Positions 29,048-37,307 of a stretch of DNA of 64,000 bases are shown here, in pieces. Each line of letters opens with the position of its first letter. The first letter of the stretch is position 1. The stretch is taken from positions 45,549 to 109,548 of the forward strand of contig JAGMCI010000011.1 in NCBI GenBank assembly GCA_023129325.1, written 5' to 3'. The position numbers were made by a program, and so were the translations under genes. The notes under the pieces are model-generated. The model saw only the letters and a program-made list of their open reading frames with translations, was not told where the DNA came from and did not search any database. Source of the DNA: a candidate division WOR-3 bacterium. Lineage in GTDB: Bacteria > Hydrothermota > UBA3073 > JACQXS01 > JAGMCI01.

Positions 29048-29198
29048 CTTCTTACTTCAATAAAAAAAGGATTCGAGGATTCGAGGCGTCAAGGATTCAA
29101 GTTCCCCTTGATTCCTAACCGATCTTAGTGGCTTTGTGCCTTGGCGGCAGAAAAAGTTGTAATTTAACATTTACTTCCCACTTCTTACTTCCTACTTC

Positions 29199-29987
29199 TT
29201 ACTTCCCACTTCTTCGGTAACCCTCAAGGTCTAATGTTATATGTTTATAGCCTAACTCCTTAAAAGATTCAGTTATTTGCTGAATAAGTTTGGGTTGCGT
29301 AAATTTAATAATATCCTCTTTAATTGTCTCAATTCTGGCAATATTGTTATGCTCCCTGACCCTCGCTCCTTTTATACCAAGCTTTCTGAGAAAAGATTCT
29401 GCTTTGTCAATTCTCTCTAATTTATCAATTGTCAATTTTTCATTATATGGGATTCTTGTTGCTAAACAGGTATTAGGAAATTTGTCCCAGTTTTTAAGAC
29501 CAAATTTTTTAGAAAAATTCCTAATCTCAAGTTTAGTAAGTCCTACTTCCTCTAAAGGACTTTTAATGCCAAACTCAATTGCGGCCTTTCTTCCAGGACG
29601 ATAAGCATCAGCATCACTATAATTGGAGCCATCTAAAATATAGTTCAAGTCATTCTGGCTTGCTATTTCCAATAAACTTGAGAACATCATCTTTTTACAG
29701 ATATAACACCTGTTTTTAGGATTATTGACAAAATTTGGATTCTCTAATTGGTGAACATCAAAAAACTTCTGTTTGACATCAAGAAAATTAGCAATTTTTC
29801 GTGCATCCTTAATCTCATAAGAAGGAAAAATAGGTCCTGTTGCTGTTGCAGCTACTGTATTGTCTGGAAGCACTTCTTTGGCAATCAATAATAAGAAACT
29901 GCTATCCACGCCTCCGGAGCTTGCAATCAAAACGCTCTTCATGTCACTTATCGTATTCTTTAGATTTTTTAATTTAAGGAAAGTCAT
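29199..29987 (-). CDS. larE: ATP-dependent sacrificial sulfur transferase LarE
   Basis: SGGVDS PP-loop, RCYICK, YRPG, CLATRIPY, LDLEGYR. Confidence 0.9.
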   Translation of the reverse strand: MTFLKLKNLKNTISDMKSVLIASSGGVDSSFLLLIAKEVLPDNTVAATATGPIFPSYEIKDARKIANFLDVKQKFFDVHQLENPNFVNNPKNRCYICKKMMFSSLLEIASQNDLNYILDGSNYSDADAYRPGRKAAIEFGIKSPLEEVGLTKLEIRNFSKKFGLKNWDKFPNTCLATRIPYNEKLTIDKLERIDKAESFLRKLGIKGARVREHNNIARIETIKEDIIKFTQPKLIQQITESFKELGYKHITLDLEGYRRSGK

Positions 29988-29992
29988 TCTTT

Positions 29993-30877
29993 TTAGTTCC
30001 TGATTAACTTTTCAATCTGTAACCAAAGATTCTTAAATTTCAGCCCCCAGTCCTTTTTATATAAAACAAAAGGTATGCCATTAGAGTATGTTACAGCAAT
30101 TTCTCTATCAAAAGGAATATGCATTAAAATAGGTATTCTTTCTTGCTTACAATATTCTGTTACTTTTTTATCTCCAATATCAGACCTATTTATGATTACA
30201 CCAAAAGGAATACCAAGTTTTCTTAAGACCTCAACTGCAAGAATTAAATCGTTTAATCCAAATGGTGTAGGTTCTGTTACAAGTAAGCAAAAATCACTTC
30301 CCTTTACTGCTTCTATTACAGGACAGGAAGTACCAGGCGGAACATCAATAATCGTAATTCCATTTTCACTTTTAACTTTTAACTTTACACTTCTTATTAC
30401 AGGTGTAGCCCTTACCTCTCCAATATTGAGTTTCCCATGGATAAAATTGATTGCATCAGCCCTTCCTTCTTCAATAATACCTATTTCTCTTTTTATTTCA
30501 GAAATTGCGTCTTCTGGGCAAAGAAGGCTACATCCCCCGCACCCATTGCAAAGTTCAGGAAATATGAGGACATTATTCTTGACAACAGCAATAGCATTAT
30601 ATTGGCATACTTCTACGCATTTGCCACAATATGTACACTTCCTTTTGTCAACTTCAGGTACAGGAATAGTTACTTGATAAGTTTTTTTAAATTTGGGTTT
30701 TAAAAATATATGTGCATTTGGTTCTTCTACATCGCAGTCAAGAAATAGGATATTAGAATTTGTAGCCGAACCCTTTAGGGTTCGCTTCTTGTTTATCGGA
30801 GCTATTGAGAGAGCTAAATTAGTAGCGATTGTTGTCTTGCCTGTTCCACCTTTACCACTTGCAACTGAAATTATCAT
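29993..30877 (-). CDS. MinD-like P-loop ATPase with 4Fe-4S domain (second paralogue)
   Basis: SGKGGTGKTT, DCDVEEPN, CTYCGKC, CNGCGGC, PPGTSCP; start ATG 30877. Confidence 0.9.
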   Translation of the reverse strand: MIISVASGKGGTGKTTIATNLALSIAPINKKRTLKGSATNSNILFLDCDVEEPNAHIFLKPKFKKTYQVTIPVPEVDKRKCTYCGKCVEVCQYNAIAVVKNNVLIFPELCNGCGGCSLLCPEDAISEIKREIGIIEEGRADAINFIHGKLNIGEVRATPVIRSVKLKVKSENGITIIDVPPGTSCPVIEAVKGSDFCLLVTEPTPFGLNDLILAVEVLRKLGIPFGVIINRSDIGDKKVTEYCKQERIPILMHIPFDREIAVTYSNGIPFVLYKKDWGLKFKNLWLQIEKLIRN

Positions 30878-30969
30878 ATAATTAATTTCCACCCATCAAG
30901 ACTTGTAAATATCGCTGATGATAGCCCAGCAGGTCCACCACCAACAATTACCACATCTCTTTGTTCCAT
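30874..30969 (-). pseudogene. N-terminal fragment of a thioredoxin-reductase-like flavoprotein
   Basis: SD GGAGG; MEQRDVVIVGGGPAGLSSAIFTSLDGWKLII then stop; FAD-binding GxGxxG only. Confidence 0.7.
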
Positions 30970-30986
30970 AAAACACCTCCTTGAAA

Positions 30987-31388
30987 TTAAGATAATACTA
31001 TATGTTTTCTGTCCTCGCCTCTGTTTTTCTCCTGTATTATCTTATCCATATTATCTCGGACAAGTTCAATTGCTTCCTTGATAGTTTCCCTTCTTGCCAC
31101 TATACACACGATTTTTTTAAGTAATCTCGGCAAATTGGGTCCAAATCTTCTCCCCACAACACCATCTAATCCTTTTAGTACCGAGGATGTTGCTTGAGCT
31201 TTTCGGGAGTCTCCATGAAACATGGATTCGTCAAATTCCACTTTAACATTATCCCTTTTTTCAACGAATTCTTCTCTCTTTTCAGAAAATCTGTAGACAT
31301 AATAATATTTAGCCATACCGCAATGTCCCTTATTCAAATTCTCACCATCATCAGTGCCAAAAGCTATTAATAGTTCCATTAATTTCAC
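30987..31388 (-). CDS. NifB/NifX family protein
   Basis: IAFGTDDG, GHCGMAKYY, RRFGPN. Confidence 0.7.
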   Translation of the reverse strand: MKLMELLIAFGTDDGENLNKGHCGMAKYYYVYRFSEKREEFVEKRDNVKVEFDESMFHGDSRKAQATSSVLKGLDGVVGRRFGPNLPRLLKKIVCIVARRETIKEAIELVRDNMDKIIQEKNRGEDRKHIVLS

Positions 31389-31392
31389 CTCC

Positions 31393-32034
31393 TTAGTTTT
31401 TCATTACCTTGATTAGTCTCACATACTTACCGAACAAGAAATGTTCCTCAAAATGGCTAAATCCATAATTTGCCAATATTTTTTTCCAATCCCTTTTAAT
31501 AAAATCAAACATATACGGGCATTCAAAAAGTGTAAAAGGAATCTTTAAATAAAAGGGTATTGAAAACTCATTATAATCTAAAATAAGAAACCTCCCACTG
31601 TTTTTTAACAAATTAAAGGCATTTTTTATGATTATTTCCCTGACAACTTGGGGAAACCCATGGAGTACAAAGCAAATAAAAACTTTATCAAACTTTTCCC
31701 TAAAGGGTAAAGACTTATCAACTCTTGCATTGATAATTTTAGCATTCGGAAATTCAGCACACCTCTTCTTAAACTGAGAAATCATCTCCCAAGAAATATC
31801 AACTCCAATTAATTTTCCTTTTCGTAAAAGGTATTGTAACATTAAATAAGCATTTTTACCTGTTCCTGTCCCCAAGTCAAGAATTTTATCTGTAGGTTTA
31901 ATTCCAATTAACTTAATGCATTTTTTTATCATTAAGGAATATCTCCAGAGTGTTGCAAGGTCCAATATGGTGTCGTAATGCCTTGCCATAAATCCTTTTG
32001 TCTCAACTTTTGATTCAGGATAATAATTGCCCAT
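31393..32034 (-). CDS. Class I SAM-dependent methyltransferase
   Basis: ILDLGTGTG; FDKVF..FVLHG. Confidence 0.85.
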   Translation of the reverse strand: MGNYYPESKVETKGFMARHYDTILDLATLWRYSLMIKKCIKLIGIKPTDKILDLGTGTGKNAYLMLQYLLRKGKLIGVDISWEMISQFKKRCAEFPNAKIINARVDKSLPFREKFDKVFICFVLHGFPQVVREIIIKNAFNLLKNSGRFLILDYNEFSIPFYLKIPFTLFECPYMFDFIKRDWKKILANYGFSHFEEHFLFGKYVRLIKVMKN

Positions 32035-32093
32035 TTACTCCCCTTGCCTATAGATACATGCTGATATAAGAATTTGCGTCCATTCGCCTTTTC

Positions 32094-32588
32094 TCAGTAA
32101 TCATGAGGAATACCTTTAATATGTAAAGATAGATGTTCTCGGTCTTCTAATTTTTCTATCCATCCGTAGTTAGCATCACATTTAGAATCTAGGTCCTTTA
32201 TGTAAGGTTTGATATCAAGTAGTGGGGTCCCATCAATTACATCTAATCCTGATGTGAAGATCTCGTTATTGATTATCCGCTTCACCCGGACAATGCTGAG
32301 TCCTATTGGGTTTGGACGAACCGGTGCTCTACTTGCAAACAAGCCTACCTTCATATCCCCAGTCCATGGAGGAATTACAGTTATTGACTCCTTACGTTTT
32401 ATCCTATGCATATAGTAGATAACATAGATATAATGAAAAAGGTCAAGTTCATGAAGGCCCTCAGCATATGCGGAATCGATTACAATACGGAATTCACCTT
32501 TATCATTGTTTATGGGCTGATAAGGTGCATTATCAGTGTATGGCGTTCGAATTGTGCCAATCTGTTTCAACTCGAAACTCATAGACAT
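32094..32588 (-). CDS. tsaA: tRNA m6t6A37 methyltransferase TrmO/TsaA domain
   Basis: IGTIRTPY, GLFASRAPVRPNPIGLS, GLDVIDGTPLLDIKPY. Confidence 0.9.
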   Translation of the reverse strand: MSMSFELKQIGTIRTPYTDNAPYQPINNDKGEFRIVIDSAYAEGLHELDLFHYIYVIYYMHRIKRKESITVIPPWTGDMKVGLFASRAPVRPNPIGLSIVRVKRIINNEIFTSGLDVIDGTPLLDIKPYIKDLDSKCDANYGWIEKLEDREHLSLHIKGIPHDY

Positions 32589-32740
32589 TTCTCTTTTAGC
32601 TTCACCTCGATCTCTGCCTCCAGCTTCATTACCGCCTCTTGCACACTATGCACAAGGTAGTCCCTGATAAGAATTCCCAGAAAAGGAAGAGCCATTGTGA
32701 GTATAATTTTGTTATCTTTGATAGCTATATCTTTAATCAT
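32579..32740 (-). pseudogene. Fragment of a DUF59/SufT-like Fe-S assembly protein
   Basis: Translated by hand: MIKDIAIKDNKIILTMALPFLGILIRDYLVHSVQEAVMKLEAEIEVKLKEKCL; N-terminal part absent. Confidence 0.5.
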
Positions 32741-33279
32741 TTTTTATAATCCTTCTCACCAGCTCGTAACTCTACTTTTAACCAATTCTCTGGAGGTACA
32801 AAAGGACAAGCGTAATGCTCGCTATATGCACACCACGGATTGTATGCCTTATTAAAATCAAGAATCCATTTACCATCAATATAATGCTCACTTGCATCAA
32901 GGTCAATATATCTTCCTGCTCCGTATGTCTCTTTTCCACTTGTTGCATCCCGGAAAGGGATAAACAATCTCTTTTCCATAGGCTCACTTTTATATGCCTG
33001 AAGTGTATAATCCTTACCTTCTATTTTAAATCTAAATTCACCCCATTGCAAGAAATTTCTTTCGTTTCCAATAGTATCTTGCACTTTCACTATTTCTTTC
33101 TCTTTATGCTCGTGAAGTTCAAGCTCAAACCTATATTTTGGGTCAGGAGGATAATAGCCAAGTCCCTTAAAATTCATATGCTCTTCAGGAGGTATTGGAG
33201 ACTGGAAATGTTGCCCAAAGAACATATCCTTATTTTCTCGCTCTAATTCAATGCGCTTTTTCCATTCAGAAATTTCCAT
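32737..33279 (-). CDS. DUF1684 family protein
   Basis: FRDATSGKETYGAGRY, LDFNKAYNPWCAYS, CP. Confidence 0.9.
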   Translation of the reverse strand: MEISEWKKRIELERENKDMFFGQHFQSPIPPEEHMNFKGLGYYPPDPKYRFELELHEHKEKEIVKVQDTIGNERNFLQWGEFRFKIEGKDYTLQAYKSEPMEKRLFIPFRDATSGKETYGAGRYIDLDASEHYIDGKWILDFNKAYNPWCAYSEHYACPFVPPENWLKVELRAGEKDYKK

Positions 33280-33841
33280 ATTTTTTCCTGAAATTTAAAA
33301 TATAACCCTTATTATAGTTATCATCGTGCATAAGTTTTTTAAAAGTTTTTCTTTCTAAATAAAAATTTACGGCTTCTATTTCTTTTGTAATATCTTTTAA
33401 CTTTAAATTAGTGAGTGTCCATAAGGGTTCATCTAACTTATAATGCTTTGGATAAATTGAAAGAAGACCACCTATCTTTAAGACTTTGTAAACTTCATCA
33501 TATATTTTCTTTCTATTATCTATATAATGTAAAACATCGTAAAGCAAAACTACATCAACAGATTTGTCTTTTATGGGGATTTTTAATTCTCCTGAAGTTT
33601 TTACTATTTCTATGTTTTTTATACCTTTTGATTTCGCTATTTTTATTAATTTAGCTAAGTTTTCTGCATCTTTATCTAATGCATATATCTTACCTTTTTT
33701 ACCAACTACTTTTGCGGCAGGGATTGTGTAGTGCCCCGCCCCACAACCAAAATCAAGGACAATTTGTTCCCTCTTAATGCCTATTTCCTTCAAAAAGAGT
33801 TTTCCCTCATTGTTTAGCCATCTTTTAATATCATTTTTCAC
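33266..33841 (-). CDS. Class I SAM-dependent methyltransferase
   Basis: VLDFGCGAG; VDVVLLYDVLH. Confidence 0.85.
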   Translation of the reverse strand: MKNDIKRWLNNEGKLFLKEIGIKREQIVLDFGCGAGHYTIPAAKVVGKKGKIYALDKDAENLAKLIKIAKSKGIKNIEIVKTSGELKIPIKDKSVDVVLLYDVLHYIDNRKKIYDEVYKVLKIGGLLSIYPKHYKLDEPLWTLTNLKLKDITKEIEAVNFYLERKTFKKLMHDDNYNKGYILNFRKKYGNF

Positions 33842-33850
33842 TTCTTTTTT

Positions 33851-34057
33851 CTACTTCTCAAGAGCTTTGTTTAGATTGCTGAGTAAAGTATCAAGGGGAA
33901 CATTATATTTTTTAGAAGTTTCTTCAACGGTTCCCCATAATGGCTCTCCACATACCAAACAGGGAATCTTTAGGTCTATAAATACTTTAACAGTTTCGGG
34001 ATATTTTTCAAGCACTTCTTCAATAGTTAGGTCTTTTGTTATTTTATCTTTTGGCAT
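33851..34057 (-). CDS. DUF1858 domain protein
   Basis: ITKDLTIEEVLEKYPETVKVF...CLVC. Confidence 0.8.
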   Translation of the reverse strand: MPKDKITKDLTIEEVLEKYPETVKVFIDLKIPCLVCGEPLWGTVEETSKKYNVPLDTLLSNLNKALEK

Positions 34058-34218
34058 TTATTTCATTCCACTTATTACTACAAAACTTCCCTCTCTATCC
34101 CTTTACCAGTTGGAGGAATTGCCTTCTTTAATGCCTTCAATTCAGTTAAATAGAAAGTATCATTCTTGTCAAACCATTTATCGTATTTTTCAGGATAAAG
34201 GTCAAAGGCGTTTTTCAT

Positions 34219-34482
34219 TTACTTTCTACTTTCTAACTGACTGAGTTTTATATAGAGCTGTCCCATCTCTCTATGAAATTTTCGGAACTCAAATTTTAAT
34301 TCAGAAATAGTTGGGATTTCTTCTTGGATAGCTCCTTGAGGACATTCTGCTACACACCAGTGGCAGTTAATGCATCTTGAAAGGTTTATTTTCGCCTTCT
34401 TTAAAAGAGTTATTGCTCCTGTTGGACAAACTTGAGCGCATGACCCACACCCGATACATAACTTTTTTCTGACATGGAGCAT
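34219..34482 (-). CDS. 2[4Fe-4S] dicluster protein with coiled-coil tail
   Basis: CIGCGSCAQVCP; CINCHWCVAECP. Confidence 0.85.
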   Translation of the reverse strand: MLHVRKKLCIGCGSCAQVCPTGAITLLKKAKINLSRCINCHWCVAECPQGAIQEEIPTISELKFEFRKFHREMGQLYIKLSQLESRK

Positions 34483-34730
34483 TACCTGTCTCTTCTACAA
34501 ACACCATCATCAGAGCATGGAGGAGTATCGCATCGCTCCGTCCTTCCACAGCAAGTAGTTCCTTTTGGAGAAGAATCTCCGACTCTAACCATTGTAGGAG
34601 CAGAAATCAATCGCATAAGATTAGTACTCCCACAATGAGAACATATGGCAGGTTCATTAGAAGTCAAGCTCTTTTGAAATATTTCTGTTACCTTGCCACA
34701 CTTTTTGCATCTGTATTCATATACAGGCAT
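34482..34730 (-). CDS. FmdB-type zinc-ribbon protein
   Basis: MPVYEYRCKKCG...CSHCGS; Cys-rich tail. Confidence 0.85.
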   Translation of the reverse strand: MPVYEYRCKKCGKVTEIFQKSLTSNEPAICSHCGSTNLMRLISAPTMVRVGDSSPKGTTCCGRTERCDTPPCSDDGVCRRDR

Positions 34731-34954
34731 TAGTTCTCATTGGGTGGTAAAGAACAAGTTCCAGTAGAGCAAGTGGGACAACTTGAGCTACCAGTAGATA
34801 AGCCCCCCATCCTGACTCCAAACGAAGACAAAAGACGCTCCAATTTTTGGCTACCACACTTTGGACATTTTAGCTCTTTGTTTCCTTTTCCCACACCAAT
34901 CAGAAGGTCAAACTCTTCATTGCACTCTTTGCATTTATAAGAATATACAGGCAT
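34730..34954 (-). CDS. FmdB-type zinc-ribbon protein
   Basis: MPVYSYKCKEC...CPKCGS; CxxCxxxxC tail. Confidence 0.85.
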   Translation of the reverse strand: MPVYSYKCKECNEEFDLLIGVGKGNKELKCPKCGSQKLERLLSSFGVRMGGLSTGSSSCPTCSTGTCSLPPNEN

Positions 34955-34968
34955 TGGTGCCTCCTTTA

Positions 34969-35178
34969 TTATTCTTCCAAAATTATTGCTTCACCAGGAC
35001 AACTCTCAACTGCTTCTTTAACACATTCTATATCATCTGGCTCAGGAGTCTTTACCTTGGCAATATCATCTTCCACTCCGTGGTGAAGGTCGTGGCGAAC
35101 CATCTCAAAAATATCAGGGCAGAGAGATTCACAAATCCCACAGCCTGTGCATTTTTCTTCATCTATTTTCACTTTCAT
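34969..35178 (-). CDS. Monocluster ferredoxin with 9-aa insert VRHDLHHGV
   Basis: CTGCGICESLCP...CP. Confidence 0.9.
   Translation of the reverse strand: MKVKIDEEKCTGCGICESLCPDIFEMVRHDLHHGVEDDIAKVKTPEPDDIECVKEAVESCPGEAIILEE
35073..35102 (-). mobile_element. TGG-flanked 24-nt element (family C), copy 1 of 6
   Basis: TGG-TTCGCCACGACCTTCACCACGGAG-TGG; other copies at 36184, 36767 (12-nt form), 43037, 43577, 52101. Confidence 0.85.
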
Positions 35179-35190
35179 TTCTGTCTCCTA

Positions 35191-35406
35191 TTACCTTGTC
35201 ATCTTGGCACCACATTTAGGGCAGGTCATGTTGTAACAAGGTTGTCCAAGTTTATGGGCGACCTTTGTTCCACATTTTGGGCAGATACAATAGCCGCCGG
35301 GTCCTAAAGCTTGCCCACCTCCAAGACCTCTTCCACCACCTTGCCCTAAACCTCTACCTGTTCCTGGACCCTCGCCTCGTGGTCCTGTTCCATCACCTCT
35401 TGGCAT
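35191..35406 (-). CDS. DUF5320-like small protein with Cys-rich tail
   Basis: MPRGDGTGP; CICPKCG...CPKCG. Confidence 0.8.
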   Translation of the reverse strand: MPRGDGTGPRGEGPGTGRGLGQGGGRGLGGGQALGPGGYCICPKCGTKVAHKLGQPCYNMTCPKCGAKMTR

Positions 35407-35493
35407 AATACCTCCTATGTTAAGTCATTGGGTTATTGAGTTATTAATATCTAATTACCCAATTACTCAATTACTTATTTTTACTGAGTGGTT

Positions 35494-35865
35494 TTATTTT
35501 TTCTGTTCTTGTTTCCTTAGCTCATCCATTCGTGTTTTAATTGCATCCATTTCAGACTTAAGAGCATCAGCTTGAGCTTTTAACATTTGAAGTTCATCTT
35601 GTGGCGCTGGCTGTGAATACCCGAAAGTTTGTGCATAAGGCTGTGAATAGTATGAAGGGCTATAAGTTGGGTAAGGAGTATATGGATATGCTTGACCTCT
35701 CCAAAACCGGCCACGACCTCTACCCAAACCGAGTCCATATCCAAAGTAGCCTCTTCCAGGAATTGGATTTGTAAATCCTGGCGCAGAATAGCCAGCGCAG
35801 TAACCTGCTGCTCTACCTGTCATAGGTCCCATACCGGCGGGACCAGTTCCATCACCTCTTGGCAT
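35494..35865 (-). CDS. DUF5320 family protein
   Basis: MPRGDGTGPAGMGPMTGRAAGYCAG; C-terminal coiled coil. Confidence 0.85.
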   Translation of the reverse strand: MPRGDGTGPAGMGPMTGRAAGYCAGYSAPGFTNPIPGRGYFGYGLGLGRGRGRFWRGQAYPYTPYPTYSPSYYSQPYAQTFGYSQPAPQDELQMLKAQADALKSEMDAIKTRMDELRKQEQKK

Positions 35866-35890
35866 AATACCTCCTATGTTAAGTCACTGA

Positions 35891-35952
35891 GTAGGGGCAG
35901 GGCTTGCCCCTGCCCTAAATCTCAGTGGGGCAACCGCAAGGGGTGCCCCTAC
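35891..35952. repeat. GTAG-type REP inverted doublet (REPIN-like)
   Basis: GTAGGGGCAGGGCTTGCCCCTGCCC-spacer-GGGCAACCGCAAGGGGTGCCCCTAC. Confidence 0.8.
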
Positions 35953-35954
35953 AA

Positions 35955-36590
35955 TTACTTATTTTTACTGAGTTCTTTTATCCTTTTATTAATTTCATCA
36001 ACTTGTTGTTTTAAAGAATCTGCCTGCTGCTTTAAAAGTGAAATTTCTTGTTCTTTTGTAGGTTGTTGCATTTGACCCATTCCCGGAGTCCCAAATCCCG
36101 TCCCAGGTGTTTGAGGCATTTGTTGGTATCCCATACCCATACCTCTTCCCATTCCACGTCCCATACCCATACCTCTTCCCATTCCACTCTGTGGTGAAGG
36201 TCGTGGTGAACCATAACCGTCCCCCATTCCTACTCCAAAGTGGGAAGGGACATTGGGTTGGACAGTGGGTTGGAGCTGACCTGTTTTATATTTCTGGATT
36301 GCATCCTGAACTGTTCCGGTAACTCCAACAATTACCTGAACTCCAGCTGCCTGAAGTGTCTGAAAAGCATTTGGGCCACAACTACCAGTCAGAAGAACCT
36401 GTGTTCCTTTGTTTGCAATAAGTTGTGCAGATTGAATACCTGCCCCACTCATAGCTTGGATATTAGGATTCTTTACTGCCTCAAACTTTAGAGTATCAGA
36501 GTCTACAAATATAAAGTAAGTACATCTTCCAAATCGTGGGTCAACTTGAGAGTTAAGGTCAGGTCCTGTAGTTGTAATTGCAATCTTCAT
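35955..36590 (-). CDS. NifB/NifX domain protein with GMGRG repeats and DUF5320-like coiled coil
   Basis: DPRFGRC, GAGIQSAQ, TGSCGPNAF. Confidence 0.85.
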   Translation of the reverse strand: MKIAITTTGPDLNSQVDPRFGRCTYFIFVDSDTLKFEAVKNPNIQAMSGAGIQSAQLIANKGTQVLLTGSCGPNAFQTLQAAGVQVIVGVTGTVQDAIQKYKTGQLQPTVQPNVPSHFGVGMGDGYGSPRPSPQSGMGRGMGMGRGMGRGMGMGYQQMPQTPGTGFGTPGMGQMQQPTKEQEISLLKQQADSLKQQVDEINKRIKELSKNK

Positions 36591-36964
36591 TTTTTCCCTC
36601 CTTCTAATTCTTTAATCCTTTGTCTTATGCCATCAAGTTCGTCCTCCAATATTTCAGCCTGTCCCTTTAACATATTCAATTCCTGTTCTGGCGCAATAGG
36701 TGCAGCTCCCCATGGGTCATAAGGAGTTGGAAAACCAGTCATCGGAAACCCCGAAGTTGGAGTATATGGTTCACCACGGAGTGGAATTTGACCTGCTTGC
36801 CAAGAATAATTCATCTGGGGCGTAGGCCAGGTTCCATACATCAAATATTGAGCCGCAGGACCAACTCCATACGGACTTCTACCTACCCATCCAGGTGAAT
36901 ATCCAAATCTCACCCAGCCAGGAAGGCCAGTTGCGTAGTACATATACCGATGTCTATTACCCAT
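36587..36964 (-). CDS. DUF5320-like Gly/Pro/Tyr-rich protein
   Basis: YYATGLPGWVRFG; coiled-coil tail; start moved to ATG 36964 after SD-like AAGGGGG. Confidence 0.75.
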   Translation of the reverse strand: MGNRHRYMYYATGLPGWVRFGYSPGWVGRSPYGVGPAAQYLMYGTWPTPQMNYSWQAGQIPLRGEPYTPTSGFPMTGFPTPYDPWGAAPIAPEQELNMLKGQAEILEDELDGIRQRIKELEGGKK

Positions 36965-37152
36965 AATAACACCCCCTTCTTCGTCTACTCTTGCCAATTT
37001 ATTGGCTTAGAGTGGCGTGAGTCCCGCACTTATCTTTTAAATTATCAGGGCTGAATATAAGTGCGGGATGGATATTGTTTGTTTTTTGGTGCTTGTGATT
37101 TGAAATTTCTTCATAATTTGTGCCTCATTTCTAAATACCCTTTTAATTATAT

Positions 37153-37168
37153 AGCAAAATCTGTGCCA
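37153..37168 (-). promoter_or_regulatory. Sigma-54 (-24/-12) promoter of the metallocofactor operon
   Basis: TGGCAC-AGATT-TTGCT; candidate activator sites TGTTTC...GCAACA/GAAACA at ~37245-37275; adjacent bEBP gene. Confidence 0.85.
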
Positions 37169-37307
37169 CAAGTTAGTATTTCAGGCTAATGCCAAGCGAC
37201 ACAAAGAATTAGACAAAAGAACCCTCTCATAGATTGTAATCTTTTGTTTCGCAATTGCAACAATGTTTGAAACATTAGTTCCAATGCTGCAACTTAATAA
37301 ACTATTT

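Noticed and set aside
32036-32093. Possible attC remnant between tsaA and the methyltransferase gene
   Set aside because: No AAC/GTT boxes and no convincing hairpin.
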